A stretch of 64,000 nt of DNA from the NCBI GenBank assembly GCA_049654745.1, contig JBASIK010000187.1, forward strand, positions 993-64,992. The letters run 5' to 3'. How positions within the stretch are numbered: position 1 is the first letter of the stretch; each line of letters opens with the position of its first letter. A program made the translations under genes and the position numbers. Below are positions 9,489-20,138 of the stretch, piece by piece. The notes under the pieces were generated by a model. It searched no databases and was not told the origin of the DNA. It worked only from the letters and a program-made list of their open reading frames with translations. The DNA is from Bacteroidales bacterium. GTDB lineage: Bacteria > Bacteroidota > Bacteroidia > Bacteroidales > VadinHA17.

Positions 9489-11090
9489 TTATTTAATGAA
9501 TATATCCGTCTTCTTTTTTGGTCTCAAATAATCGTACCAGACGAACCCCTTCAATCTTAGACTTCCAGGTGAGTCAGTATCAGGAGGATCAAGAGTGCCT
9601 TCAGGGTTCTGTAACTCATTTATTTCCTTTACCTTTCCATCGTCAATAAGAATTTCAATTGAGGCGCTGCGGGCATGATTTATGCCTATAAGCTCATTAT
9701 TATCAACAAGATAATATACTGTCTCGCCATTTCCCTCAATCAGAATCCTGTATAACTTGTTGTTCATAAAATACCCTGTAAGCTTTCTGCCTTTCATCTG
9801 GTTAAACCTGAGAGAATCTACCTGGCTTGCCACAAACACAGAATTATAAAGTTCCATTCTGTCGGTTTTCCGGTTCCTGGTGAAAATTGCCATTGAATCT
9901 GCCACCATCTGATTCTCTTCCGACCATAAAATGGGATCCCTGTAAAGCCTTATTACTGAATCCTGAAAAGAATAGGTGAGCGAATCACACTTTGCCTGAA
10001 AATCTTTGCTGAAGACTTTGCATCTGTAGTAAGCACGTATTAGTCTGAATGAGGAAGTGTCGGAAGGGAATTTCTTTAATGTAACTGCACTTATTGTGTC
10101 TGAATGCAGAAACAATGAATCTTCTTCCGATACCTGGATAAAAAGGGCACTGTCGGTAACCATGAATTTTTCCGGTTCTCTGAAGTACCATGCATAATTA
10201 CCCGCTACGATAATGTTGCTGGATGTATCTGTAATGCTAATTTTTCTGAATGCTTCACCATAGCCTGTCCGTCGGTCGTAGAAAAGTGAATCACCTGTAA
10301 TAATGTGCTGCCTGTTGTTAATTACAGGTGAATTCCATAGAGTTGACAGATCATTTTTTGTGTCGTACCATCCTTTTTCGCAATACATATATATACTGTC
10401 GCCTTCAAGTGTTGTAGGTCCCGTAAAATAGGCAGTTTCAGTAGATGTGTTGTATACCATGGTGTCGGCAATGACAGTATAATTTGGGTTTACAATTTTT
10501 ACACTATCCTTGAAGTAAAATTTCTTCTCGGATGTGTAGTAAAATCCCATGCGGCTCGTGAGAACATTGTCTCCATTGATTATCTTGCCATGGAAAGGAT
10601 AATCAGCAATTTTTGTTTTTGCATCATAATTTACAACCTGTGTATAAAGTTTTGATTCATTGTCCTTCAACTCCACATTACCCTGAACAAATGCTTTCTC
10701 CTCATTACCATCATAAAAAAGGTAGTCACCTGCAAGAGTCAATGTATCAGCCTGATTGATTTTTACATGCCCGTATGCTTTCACCTGATTTATTTCCCGG
10801 TACAGATGGGCACTGTCGCATGTCATAATTATATCCTTGTGTTTGAGAGCGACATTTCCAATAAGCCGGTTAAGGTCGTTGCTGACCTGTTTATCAATAA
10901 TCAGAACATCGCAGTAAAGCAGCTCAATTTTTTTTGTTTCACCAGGCTGTTTCTTTTTTTCCTGTGGTAAAGAAGTGTTGAATGCCGCAAATGTCAGCGC
11001 GGCAAAGAATAGAATTATACCGGTTGTGTAAATTTTTGAAAGTTGCCGGTGGCCGCTTATTTCAGCCATAGTGGATTTGAAAAGTGGCAT
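9489..11090 (-). CDS. OstA/LptD-N-like periplasmic beta-jellyroll protein
   Basis: 533 aa with an N-terminal TM/signal sequence and a repetitive beta-rich sequence. Lies downstream of surA-like genes, as in Bacteroidales. The start is uncertain (the ORF overlaps the surA end by 34 nt; an alternative Met is at 11069). Confidence 0.55.
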   Translation of the reverse strand: MPLFKSTMAEISGHRQLSKIYTTGIILFFAALTFAAFNTSLPQEKKKQPGETKKIELLYCDVLIIDKQVSNDLNRLIGNVALKHKDIIMTCDSAHLYREINQVKAYGHVKINQADTLTLAGDYLFYDGNEEKAFVQGNVELKDNESKLYTQVVNYDAKTKIADYPFHGKIINGDNVLTSRMGFYYTSEKKFYFKDSVKIVNPNYTVIADTMVYNTSTETAYFTGPTTLEGDSIYMYCEKGWYDTKNDLSTLWNSPVINNRQHIITGDSLFYDRRTGYGEAFRKISITDTSSNIIVAGNYAWYFREPEKFMVTDSALFIQVSEEDSLFLHSDTISAVTLKKFPSDTSSFRLIRAYYRCKVFSKDFQAKCDSLTYSFQDSVIRLYRDPILWSEENQMVADSMAIFTRNRKTDRMELYNSVFVASQVDSLRFNQMKGRKLTGYFMNNKLYRILIEGNGETVYYLVDNNELIGINHARSASIEILIDDGKVKEINELQNPEGTLDPPDTDSPGSLRLKGFVWYDYLRPKKKTDIFIK

Positions 11091-12412
11091 GATTTGAATT
11101 CGTCACTTATTTTTATATAAGTGACTTCTATCTTTTTATCAATCCATTCCAGAAATCTTTTCTGTCTTTTTTCTAGCAATGCTGCATTGTACAAAGCCTG
11201 GTAATCCTCTTTCAGGTCAGCAACATGAGCTGGAATCTGATTGTCGAGCCTTACAATTCTGAAAACCGTGTTTCCGTTCTCGTCCTCTGTCATGAATGGT
11301 TTTGAAATTTCACCTGGTTTCAGATCCCGGACAACCATATAGGTGTTCCTATCCAGCTCTTCAAGTGTAAACATTGTAGTTCTGGCTGCAGGATCATTTT
11401 TCACAAGCTTGCCTCCATTTATCTTACTGTCTTTGTGAGTTGAAAATAAATATGCTGCTCTTTCAAAAGTTATACTGTCGGCTTTGATTAGATTCGCGAT
11501 ACTGTCGAGTTTTGAAATAGCTCTCTCTTCCTGTTCAGGTTTTATTTTTGGCCTTATCAGAATGTGCCTTGTATTCACCAGATCTCCCATTCTGTCGATA
11601 AGCTGTATAATATGGAAACCATACCTGGTTTCTACAATTTTTGAAATTGCGTTTTTTGTAAGTGAGAAAGCAACATCGGCATAAGGTTTTTCAAGTTCAG
11701 CACGGCTTAGGTACCCAATCTCTCCTCCTCTTTTGGCCGACTCTTTGTCTTCAGAATAAAGTATTGCCATTGTGCTGAAGCTTTTTCCCGCAAGAATCTC
11801 ACTTCTGATATCAAGAAGTTTCTGTCGGGCTTCGGCTTTGTTCAATTCATTGTCGGGAGGATCGAGCTGAATTATGCTTAATTCCACTTTAGCAGGTATT
11901 GTGGGGAGACTGTCAGGCGGAATCTTCGAATAGAATTTTTTTACTTCAGCAGGTGTTACAGTTATGTTTTCTGCAATTTTGCTCTGAACTCTGTTCACTA
12001 TCTCCTGTTCTTTGAGAGATTTTCTAAGGTCTGCTTTAATTTCTGTAATACTTTTTCTGAAAACTTCCTCAAGAGCTTTTTCAGACCCTGCCCTTGCTAT
12101 GAATTTATTCAGCCTTTCATTCAGATAACCCTCCACCTCAGAGTCGGAAACCTCTATACTGTCAATTCTTGCCTGATCCAGAAAAAGCTTTGCAACTAGC
12201 TGTTCCTCAAAAAGAATGCATCTCAGCCTGTCAGCCGGGGTTCTGTCACCCGACCATAACTGCTGTGCCACAGCATTTTCGATGTCTGAAAGGAAGATAA
12301 CCTCATTGCCTACAATCCCTGCAACCGATTCAACAAGCTTCTGGGAAAATAAGATTCCTGTATTCAATACCAGGAAAAGCATCAACAGGCTTATAACTGT
12401 TTTATGTTTCAT
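11057..12412 (-). CDS. surA: Peptidyl-prolyl isomerase, SurA-like periplasmic chaperone
   Basis: 451 aa with a signal peptide and one parvulin domain (GGEIGYLSRAELEKPYADVAF..RYGFHIIQL). Confidence 0.75.
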   Translation of the reverse strand: MKHKTVISLLMLFLVLNTGILFSQKLVESVAGIVGNEVIFLSDIENAVAQQLWSGDRTPADRLRCILFEEQLVAKLFLDQARIDSIEVSDSEVEGYLNERLNKFIARAGSEKALEEVFRKSITEIKADLRKSLKEQEIVNRVQSKIAENITVTPAEVKKFYSKIPPDSLPTIPAKVELSIIQLDPPDNELNKAEARQKLLDIRSEILAGKSFSTMAILYSEDKESAKRGGEIGYLSRAELEKPYADVAFSLTKNAISKIVETRYGFHIIQLIDRMGDLVNTRHILIRPKIKPEQEERAISKLDSIANLIKADSITFERAAYLFSTHKDSKINGGKLVKNDPAARTTMFTLEELDRNTYMVVRDLKPGEISKPFMTEDENGNTVFRIVRLDNQIPAHVADLKEDYQALYNAALLEKRQKRFLEWIDKKIEVTYIKISDEFKSCHFSNPLWLK

Positions 12413-12415
12413 TTT

Positions 12416-13273
12416 TCAGTATTTCTTAAAAATGTTAGAGTTAATAGCATCATTATATATGTCGTTTTCGAGCTTTTTCAGAAACTCGAATCTTCTGTTA
12501 TTCAATATAATACTTTTTATATCGTCTTTAACATATTCATATGGTGCCAGAGAGGGCCTTAATCTGTAGTCCCTTATGGCAATGAAATAAACTGATGATG
12601 AGTCTCGGGTTTCATAATAACTGTATCGTTTGAGAAACTCATCAGGATTTATTATTTCAGCAGGAAGTTCCACTGCAAGTTTATCAAAAGAAATCCATTC
12701 TTCTCCAAAATCGTCAAATTTTTCTGCAAACTGGAAACAATATGATTCAAGCTGCCTTAATGACTCCGGGTCGTTTGCTCTGTACCATACCCTTACCCTG
12801 TCAATATTTGGGGCTTCTGCAGGTATTTTTATAAAAAGAGCCTTAACTATACTTGTGTTAAGTTTGAAACGGTCGGGATTTGAAGCATAAAATTGCTCTA
12901 TTTCTGTATCTGATACGATGGTATCCATTTTTTCAAGCATCATCTGATGCTGGTAATGGTCTATATACAGATTTACTTTTGTGTCCAGCAGCTGCGATTC
13001 AATATCATTCTTATACTCCGGAGAGAGATTTTCAACAGCCCTTGCATATAATAGTTCCCTTCTTGCCCAACTGTTAATATAATCATTGATCGAGAGTATG
13101 CTATCTTCCGGGGATTTAGTGTTTCTGTAAATTTCAGGGATCTGGTCATAATAAAGAATTTTTTCACCTGCTCTGGCAACAGGAATTCTTGCCGGACCTT
13201 TATTTTGTCTCAGACATGATGTACCTGAAACAGATAAGGTGATAATTGATAGGTATATTAAAGCTTTTCTCAT
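12416..13273 (-). CDS. Hypothetical lipoprotein in the chaperone cluster
   Basis: 285 aa with a lipoprotein-type signal (..LSVSGTSC). Start and stop are tightly coupled to the flanking PPIase genes. No catalytic motif recognised. Confidence 0.55.
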   Translation of the reverse strand: MRKALIYLSIITLSVSGTSCLRQNKGPARIPVARAGEKILYYDQIPEIYRNTKSPEDSILSINDYINSWARRELLYARAVENLSPEYKNDIESQLLDTKVNLYIDHYQHQMMLEKMDTIVSDTEIEQFYASNPDRFKLNTSIVKALFIKIPAEAPNIDRVRVWYRANDPESLRQLESYCFQFAEKFDDFGEEWISFDKLAVELPAEIINPDEFLKRYSYYETRDSSSVYFIAIRDYRLRPSLAPYEYVKDDIKSIILNNRRFEFLKKLENDIYNDAINSNIFKKY

Positions 13274-15228
13274 TTCTTAAGTTCACTTTTAACCTGTTCC
13301 AGAATAGTTCTGTTTATTCTAACGGGGTACTTTTCCTTTAATTGTTTGATCCATTCTGACTCAAGAAAATTCTGATATTCGGACGAAATTTCACCTATTA
13401 CTTCATTCAGTGGCAGGGGTGAGGCAGGATTAATTTTCGTTATAACTATAACAGAGGGAAAGCCTTTTATTTCAGTTTCATGCAAACCCTCTTCCCATTT
13501 AAGATTCTCAGGCAGAAGAGAATCTCCCTCCGGAAACACTCCTTTATACACTTTAATAATAGTATCACTTCCTGCATTAAACATTGCTTGTAGCCTTTTT
13601 TCACAATCAGGTTTCTTTACATATTTTCTGGTTGCCTTATAAAATTTTCCAGCTTTTACTTTTTCCATGCACATATAAATCATACCGGTGAAACTTTTTT
13701 TCCCGGGGTACCTCTGCTTGTTCTCTTCGTAATATTTTTTTAAACCAGAAGTATCGTTCTGGGCACGATCCCAGATTTTTTCCTTTGAGATTTCAAACAA
13801 CAATATACCATCATGAAATTCATTGACAAGGTATCTGAATTCAGAATATTTTTTTTCAAGCAATGAATTTTCATATCTAAGAATATGGTCTGTTATGCAT
13901 GTTTCAGCCAGCTTGTTAACAAAATTCGCAGGTTCTTCCGTGTTATCGCTTGAGGCTCTGCTTTCTATATAGCGGGCGAACTCAACATTCGAAAACTTTT
14001 GACCGTCAAATGTATACAATGTTCCAGAAGGGATAGCCCCCCTATCGTACTTTGAAAGACCCCTGGTGATGAGTGTATCGGTATTTTCTAGAAACCAGTT
14101 GAGAGCAGTTGTATTGAGCCTGAATTTATATTCCTGTTTCAGTGAATTTACCATTGAGCGTGTAGCCAGCGAGTTTAACCATGTTTCATCAATTTTACTT
14201 TCAAGCTGGCTTCTGGCTTCTTCATATGAAGGAGGGTCTTTTTTATCGAGTCTTTTGATTATATGCCAGCCATATATTGTTTTAACTGGAGGAGTGAAGT
14301 CTCCGTTTTTTTCGAGCGAAAAAGCTGCTTCGGCAAATTCGCTTATGATTTCACCAGCTCCGAACCAGTTCAGTTCACCTCCCCGGGCTGCCGACTCTTT
14401 ATGGTCAGAATATTTCATCGCAAGGTCACTGAAAGAAGCCCCTTCGAGAAGCTTTTTATATACATATTTTATTGTATCCTCAGCGGCTTTTGCAACTTGT
14501 TCAGGAGCGTTTTGGGGTACACTGCGCATTATATGAGCCACTTTAATTTTTCCCCTCGAAGGTCTGATGTCAGCCACTTTGATTATGTGATACCCATAAG
14601 GTGTTCTTACAGGATTGGAAATTTCCCCTTTCTTCATACTGTAAACAGCTTCTTCGAAAGGTGTAATCATTTGGAAAGCAGTAATATATCCAAGATTGCC
14701 CCCGTTGAATCTTACTGAAGGGTCATCTGATACACTGCGTGCAACCTGTTCAAATGGTTCTCCTGAAATAATTCTTGCTCTTATCTCAAGTGCTTTTTTA
14801 TATGCGGCAAGTGTATCTTCAGGAGAACTGTTGGGGGGACATGAAACCAGAATATGCCAGGCATTTATTTCTTTGAGGGTTTTTTCATATGATCTTTTCA
14901 GAATTTCTTCTTTTACATTTTTATCAGTAAGGTAATTCTTTGCCACCTGGTCCCTGTAGCCCTGTAATTCTGTCCTGAATGCTTTTGTTGTGTCATATCC
15001 TTTATTTATGGCATCAGCGACTTTTAACTTGAAAACTATAAACTGTTCAAGATAATTATTAAAATCACCGGTATCGGATGGGTAATATATCTTCCTGTAC
15101 ATCCTCATAAATTCTCCTGCTGTAACCTCTCTTCCCCCGGCAATTAAAAGAATACTGTCCTGTATTCCCTGAGCATGCAGGAGCCCTGTTGCAATCACCA
15201 TTAGAATGATGGAGAGCCTGTATTTCAT
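13270..15228 (-). CDS. Peptidyl-prolyl isomerase with two parvulin domains (PpiC/PpiD-like)
   Basis: 652 aa with a signal peptide and two parvulin repeats (GGNLGYITAFQM..PYGYHIIKV and GGELNWFGAGEI..IYGWHIIKR). Confidence 0.8.
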   Translation of the reverse strand: MKYRLSIILMVIATGLLHAQGIQDSILLIAGGREVTAGEFMRMYRKIYYPSDTGDFNNYLEQFIVFKLKVADAINKGYDTTKAFRTELQGYRDQVAKNYLTDKNVKEEILKRSYEKTLKEINAWHILVSCPPNSSPEDTLAAYKKALEIRARIISGEPFEQVARSVSDDPSVRFNGGNLGYITAFQMITPFEEAVYSMKKGEISNPVRTPYGYHIIKVADIRPSRGKIKVAHIMRSVPQNAPEQVAKAAEDTIKYVYKKLLEGASFSDLAMKYSDHKESAARGGELNWFGAGEIISEFAEAAFSLEKNGDFTPPVKTIYGWHIIKRLDKKDPPSYEEARSQLESKIDETWLNSLATRSMVNSLKQEYKFRLNTTALNWFLENTDTLITRGLSKYDRGAIPSGTLYTFDGQKFSNVEFARYIESRASSDNTEEPANFVNKLAETCITDHILRYENSLLEKKYSEFRYLVNEFHDGILLFEISKEKIWDRAQNDTSGLKKYYEENKQRYPGKKSFTGMIYMCMEKVKAGKFYKATRKYVKKPDCEKRLQAMFNAGSDTIIKVYKGVFPEGDSLLPENLKWEEGLHETEIKGFPSVIVITKINPASPLPLNEVIGEISSEYQNFLESEWIKQLKEKYPVRINRTILEQVKSELKK

Positions 15229-15246
15229 TAACCGGTCTGGAAACTA

Positions 15247-16728
15247 TTATTCAACTGATTTTCTGCTGTAGTTTGGAGCTTCTCTTGTGATTGTTACATC
15301 GTGCGGATGGCTTTCAATTATACCCGGTCCGGTAATTCTTACAAACTTTGCTTCCTTTTTCAGGGTGGGGATATCGGGTGTACCCAGATAGCCCATGCCT
15401 GCTCTTAATCCTCCCACCATTTGATACATGACTTCTGCGAGGGTTCCTTTATAAGGTACTCTTGCTTCAATACCTTCGGGTACAAGCTTCTTTATGTCAT
15501 CTTCTACATCCTGAAAATAGCGGTCACGACTTCCCTGCGACATTGCTTCAAGGGAACCCATTCCGCGATATGTTTTGAATTTTCTTCCATTATATATTAT
15601 AGTTTCACCAGGAGATTCCTCAACGCCGGCAAAGAGAGACCCTGCCATTATGGAATCGGCACCTGCCGCTATTGCTTTTATTATGTCACCCGAATACCTT
15701 ATCCCACCATCAGCAATTACCGGAACACCTGAGCCTTCGATTGCTTTTGCCACATTATAAATGGCCGAAAGCTGAGGAATTCCCACGCCTGCTATAACCC
15801 TGGTAGTGCATATCGACCCTGGACCGATTCCTACTTTAACTGCATCAGCACCTTCTTTTACCAGCCTCCTGGCAGCCTCTTCAGTGCCAATGTTGCCGGC
15901 AACAACGTCAACATTGGGAAAATTCCTTTTAATATCCCTGAGAATTCCGATTACATTTTTAGTGTGACCGTGTGCCGTATCAATAACAAGAGCGTCGACA
16001 TTTGCATTTATCAATGCCTCTGCCCTTTCGAGAGTGTCAGCTGCTATACCTATTGCTCCTGCCACCCTGAGCCTTCCCTTTTCATCCTTGCATGCATTGG
16101 GCCTGTCTTTCGATTTGGTAATATCTTTATAGGTCATAAGCCCGATTAGCTTGTTGTTTTCATCTATTATGGGCAGCTTTTCTATTTTATGCTTCTGAAG
16201 AATTCTTGCGGCTTCCTCAAGATTTGTCTGATAGGTTGTGGTAATGAGTTTGGTTGTCATTACCTCCGAAATCTTTTTAGAAGAGTTGTTTTCAAATCTC
16301 AAATCCCTGTTTGTTACAATACCCTTCAATATCCCGTTTTTGTCAGTTACAGGAATGCCCCCTATCTTGTATTCTCGCATCAGGCTTATTGCTTCGGCAA
16401 CAGTAGCGTCGGGATGAATTGTAACGGGATCAGTTATCATTACATTTTCAGCCCTTTTTACCTTTCTTACCTGAGAAGCCTGTTTTTCTATAGACATGTT
16501 TTTATGAATCACGCCAATACCACCCTCCCTTGCAATGGCAATGGCAAGCTCAGCTTCTGTAACAGTATCCATGGCTGCAGAAACAACCGGAGTATTTATG
16601 CGAATATTTCTGGAAAACATGGAACTTATATCAACATCTCTTGGCAGCACTTCTGAATATGCAGGAATAAGCAGTACATCATCAAATGTTAAACCTTCAA
16701 ACAAAATTTTATCTTTAATAAACGACAT
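15247..16728 (-). CDS. guaB: IMP dehydrogenase
   Basis: 493 aa with a CBS pair insert, the catalytic loop [11 protein letters not shown], and GGIRYSGD. Confidence 0.95.
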   Translation of the reverse strand: MSFIKDKILFEGLTFDDVLLIPAYSEVLPRDVDISSMFSRNIRINTPVVSAAMDTVTEAELAIAIAREGGIGVIHKNMSIEKQASQVRKVKRAENVMITDPVTIHPDATVAEAISLMREYKIGGIPVTDKNGILKGIVTNRDLRFENNSSKKISEVMTTKLITTTYQTNLEEAARILQKHKIEKLPIIDENNKLIGLMTYKDITKSKDRPNACKDEKGRLRVAGAIGIAADTLERAEALINANVDALVIDTAHGHTKNVIGILRDIKRNFPNVDVVAGNIGTEEAARRLVKEGADAVKVGIGPGSICTTRVIAGVGIPQLSAIYNVAKAIEGSGVPVIADGGIRYSGDIIKAIAAGADSIMAGSLFAGVEESPGETIIYNGRKFKTYRGMGSLEAMSQGSRDRYFQDVEDDIKKLVPEGIEARVPYKGTLAEVMYQMVGGLRAGMGYLGTPDIPTLKKEAKFVRITGPGIIESHPHDVTITREAPNYSRKSVE

Positions 16729-16831
16729 GGCTTATGATTTTGGATTTTACGGTCGCAAATTACAAAAAAAATGCACTCCTGAAACATTATGGAATATTTT
16801 TGATCAATATAAAAAATTGAATCACAGTTAT

Positions 16832-16839
16832 TATTTTTG
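16832..16839 (+). promoter_or_regulatory. Candidate -7 box TAttTTTG
   Basis: tatttttg, about 60 nt upstream of the recQ ATG at 16900. Confidence 0.3.
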
Positions 16840-16899
16840 TATTTGAGGGTATTAATATACTTCAATTGGTAAAAACATAAAAGAAAACTGTCTGAAATC

Positions 16900-18810
16900 A
16901 TGGATATAGAAACCTGCAGAAAGATACTTACCAGATACTGGGGGTTTACTACTTTCAAGCCACTGCAGGAAGAGATTATTAAGTCGGTACTTGAGAAGAA
17001 AGACACACTCGGACTTATGCCAACCGGAGGAGGTAAATCAGTTACTTTTCAGGTTCCTGGTTTAGCACTCGAAGGAATCTGTCTTGTAATAACCCCACTG
17101 ATTGCCCTTATGAAGGAACAGGTTGCAAGACTCAACAAAATGGAGATCAAAGCCCTCGCATTACATTCAGGAATGACAAAAGAAGAGATTGAAATAACTC
17201 TTGACAACTGTATATACGGTGATTACAAGTTCCTTTATATATCTCCAGAAAGAATAGCTTCACCGCTTTTCAAAATTAAATCGCCCAGGCTCAATGTTTC
17301 ACTTGTTGCCATCGACGAGGCTCACTGCATCTCACAATGGGGTTACGATTTCAGGCCGTCTTACATGAAAATTGTTGAACTGAGGGAACTACTCCAAACC
17401 GATCCACCTTTTCTTGCTCTCACAGCTTCAGCAACTCCTAAGGTTATTGATGACATAATAGAAAAACTGGCTTTTAAAACCAGAAATGTCCTGAAAACGA
17501 GTTTTGAAAGGAAAAACATATCTTACATTGTACGGAAGGTTGAAGATAAAAGCACATATCTTCTAAATACTCTGGGAAAAGTAAAAGGCTCCGGGATCAT
17601 TTATGTAAGAAGCAGAAAAAAGGCGAGGGAAGTTGCTGAGATGATTGCATCGAAAGGTTACAGCGCCGATTACTACCACGCTGGATTGCCACAGGAACTG
17701 AGGGACAGGAAACAGGCTGCATGGTCGTCGGACCAGGTGAGGATAATGGTTGCAACAAATGCATTCGGAATGGGTATTGATAAACCTGATGTCAGATTCG
17801 TAATTCACTGGGATATACCGGAATCAATTGAATCGTATTTTCAGGAAACAGGCAGAGCCGGACGCGACAATGAGCCTTCATGGGCTGTTCTGCTCTATTC
17901 CGATGCTGATATTAGCAGGCTGAAGGAGAGCATCTCACATAAATTCCCGCCAATTGAAAAAATAAAAGATGTGTACGAAATGCTGTGCAATTACCTCCGT
18001 GTTCCGGTAGGTTCAGGTAAAGATACAGTACACGATTTCAACATGCAGGAATTTGTATCCCGGTACCACCTGCCTGTAATAGAAACATATAATTGCCTAG
18101 CATTTCTTCAGCGTGAAGGCTATATAGAATTTACCGAAGAAATAAATAATCCATCGAGAGTGCATTTCATAGTAGGACGCGACGACCTCTATAAGTTCCA
18201 GGTTGCCAATGAATCGTACGATAAGTTTATTAAGATCCTCCTGAGGTCTTATACGGGTATGTTTACTGAATATGTACCTGTAAATGAAGATGCACTCGCT
18301 AAAAAAGCGAGCATGACCCGTGAAACTGTTTATCAGCTTCTGGTCAGACTCTCTTCAATGAATATTCTGCATTATATACCCGGTAAAAAGACACCACTGG
18401 TAATCTTTACAGAAGAGAGACTCGACAGGAAAACTCTATTTATTTCTCCCGAAAACTACCTGCATGTTAAGGAGAAATACCTGCTGAGGCTTGAAAAAAT
18501 GCTGGAATATGCTGAATCACAGAATAGATGCAGATCGGTAATATTACTGGAATACTTTGGAGAGGAAGCCGACAGATGCGGGATTTGTGATGTATGCAGA
18601 AAAAGGAACGAACTAGAATTGAGCAAGTATGAATTTGATCTAATACTTGAAGAGATTAAGGCTGTTCTTTCAATTGAGAAACCTGATGCCATGGAACTGA
18701 TCAGAAAAATAAATTATCCGGAAGAAAAAGTTATAAAAGTTGTTCAATGGCTGCTCGACCATAATAAAATTAAACAGGATACCGAAATGAAACTCTCATG
18801 GAATGTCTGA
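16900..18810 (+). CDS. recQ: RecQ-family ATP-dependent DNA helicase
   Basis: 636 aa with PTGGGKS, DEAHCISQWGYDFRPSY, and a zinc-binding C-terminal Cys cluster (CRSVILLEYFGE..CGICDVC). Confidence 0.9.
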   Translation: MDIETCRKILTRYWGFTTFKPLQEEIIKSVLEKKDTLGLMPTGGGKSVTFQVPGLALEGICLVITPLIALMKEQVARLNKMEIKALALHSGMTKEEIEITLDNCIYGDYKFLYISPERIASPLFKIKSPRLNVSLVAIDEAHCISQWGYDFRPSYMKIVELRELLQTDPPFLALTASATPKVIDDIIEKLAFKTRNVLKTSFERKNISYIVRKVEDKSTYLLNTLGKVKGSGIIYVRSRKKAREVAEMIASKGYSADYYHAGLPQELRDRKQAAWSSDQVRIMVATNAFGMGIDKPDVRFVIHWDIPESIESYFQETGRAGRDNEPSWAVLLYSDADISRLKESISHKFPPIEKIKDVYEMLCNYLRVPVGSGKDTVHDFNMQEFVSRYHLPVIETYNCLAFLQREGYIEFTEEINNPSRVHFIVGRDDLYKFQVANESYDKFIKILLRSYTGMFTEYVPVNEDALAKKASMTRETVYQLLVRLSSMNILHYIPGKKTPLVIFTEERLDRKTLFISPENYLHVKEKYLLRLEKMLEYAESQNRCRSVILLEYFGEEADRCGICDVCRKRNELELSKYEFDLILEEIKAVLSIEKPDAMELIRKINYPEEKVIKVVQWLLDHNKIKQDTEMKLSWNV

Positions 18811-18879
18811 AAAGTTGTAATAAAAAAATAAGCTTCCCGGATATATTTATAATTTTCTGTCCTTAAAACAGGAACACGA

Positions 18880-18887
18880 TATTTTTG
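18880..18887 (+). promoter_or_regulatory. Candidate -7 box TAttTTTG (a second TAacTTTG lies at 18890-18897)
   Basis: tatttttg, 36 nt upstream of the ATG at 18923. Confidence 0.35.
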
Positions 18888-18922
18888 CCTAACTTTGTCG
18901 GTTTGATAAAAAGAGGAGATTG

Positions 18923-19546
18923 ATGAACAAAAATCAGGAGCCCTTCTATTCCGGAACAGTTGTTGAATTTGTTGCATCTGCAAACGAGTACTGTAAATAT
19001 ATGGAACGCGCTGAAGAGCTTGAGGGTGAAGAGCTCTTAAAGATTCTTCAACGACTTCTGCCTTTTATTTACATCAAAGGTTCATTGCTGCCTGAGCTAG
19101 AGCCTTATTTTGAAGAAGGAAATGAGAAATTTGTTAAAGAAGAAGACTGGAACAGGATATACGAGACCCTTAAGCAAAAATTCGGAACTGCTGATGCGTT
19201 CCTTGAGGTTTTCGATGAGAGGATGAAAGAATCGGAAGCACCTGTTGTTTCGAGCCTTGCTGAAAACCTTGCCGATATCTATCAGGATCTTAAAGATTTT
19301 TTAATTCTTTATCAGACAGGAACAAATGAAATAATGAATGATGCTATATGGGAGTGCAGGATGAATTTTGAAAATTACTGGGGTCAGAAACTGGTAAATT
19401 CATTGAGAGCTATACACCGGCTTGTTTATTCAGGTGAAGAAATCGGGAAAGTGCCTGAGGAAGAGAGTGAAAAAGAGAAAATGGAAAGACTGGAAAAGTG
19501 GATAATCAGCCAGAAACAAAAAGAATTCAGAAAAAACCGGAATTAA
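18923..19546 (+). CDS. Conserved hypothetical protein (DUF5063-like), coupled to the exonuclease gene
   Basis: Track ORF 18920 starts at TTG; the ATG is at 18923. About 207 aa, acidic and helical. The stop lies 1 nt before the next gene's GTG. The family call is from memory only. Confidence 0.5.
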   Translation: MNKNQEPFYSGTVVEFVASANEYCKYMERAEELEGEELLKILQRLLPFIYIKGSLLPELEPYFEEGNEKFVKEEDWNRIYETLKQKFGTADAFLEVFDERMKESEAPVVSSLAENLADIYQDLKDFLILYQTGTNEIMNDAIWECRMNFENYWGQKLVNSLRAIHRLVYSGEEIGKVPEEESEKEKMERLEKWIISQKQKEFRKNRN

Positions 19547-19547
19547 A

Positions 19548-20120
19548 GTGTATCTTAATAATATTACACCTGAGGAACTTTCTAATTACAGGGTTGGGTA
19601 TTTTAGCGGGAGGATTATCGTAATTGACAGCATGGAAAGCTTCCGCCTTCATTCAGATTTGCTCACCGGCAGGAAGATATTGGGCTTTGATACTGAAACA
19701 AAACCTTCATTCAGGAAGGGGAGAAGAAACAGGGTTTCGCTTCTTCAGCTGGCGTATGACAATACCGCATTACTCTTCAGGCTAAATAAGATTGGAATGC
19801 CCGGTGAACTTGTAAAATTACTATCCGATCCAGGAATAATTAAAGTTGGTGTTGCCATACATGATGATATAAGAGTTCTGCAGGATTTGAAGCATTTTAA
19901 CCCTGGAGGATTTATTGATTTGCAGAAACTGGTAAAGGAGTATGGTATTGAAAGTGCAGGTTTGAAAAAGATTGCAGCAATTGTACTGGGTTTCAGAATT
20001 TCGAAAAGCCAGCAGGTAACCGACTGGGAGGCACCTGTCCTTTCAGAAGCCCAGAAAGTCTACGCTGCTACCGATGCATGGGTCTGTTATGAGGTATACA
20101 GAAAACTGACAGGGCAATGA
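19548..20120 (+). CDS. 3'-5' exonuclease (RNase D / DnaQ-like DEDD domain)
   Basis: 190 aa with ILGFDTETKP (ExoI), VGVAIHDDIRVL (ExoII-like) and YAATDAWVCYEVY (ExoIII). Confidence 0.8.
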   Translation: MYLNNITPEELSNYRVGYFSGRIIVIDSMESFRLHSDLLTGRKILGFDTETKPSFRKGRRNRVSLLQLAYDNTALLFRLNKIGMPGELVKLLSDPGIIKVGVAIHDDIRVLQDLKHFNPGGFIDLQKLVKEYGIESAGLKKIAAIVLGFRISKSQQVTDWEAPVLSEAQKVYAATDAWVCYEVYRKLTGQ

Positions 20121-20138
20121 AAATAAACATCACCTGAA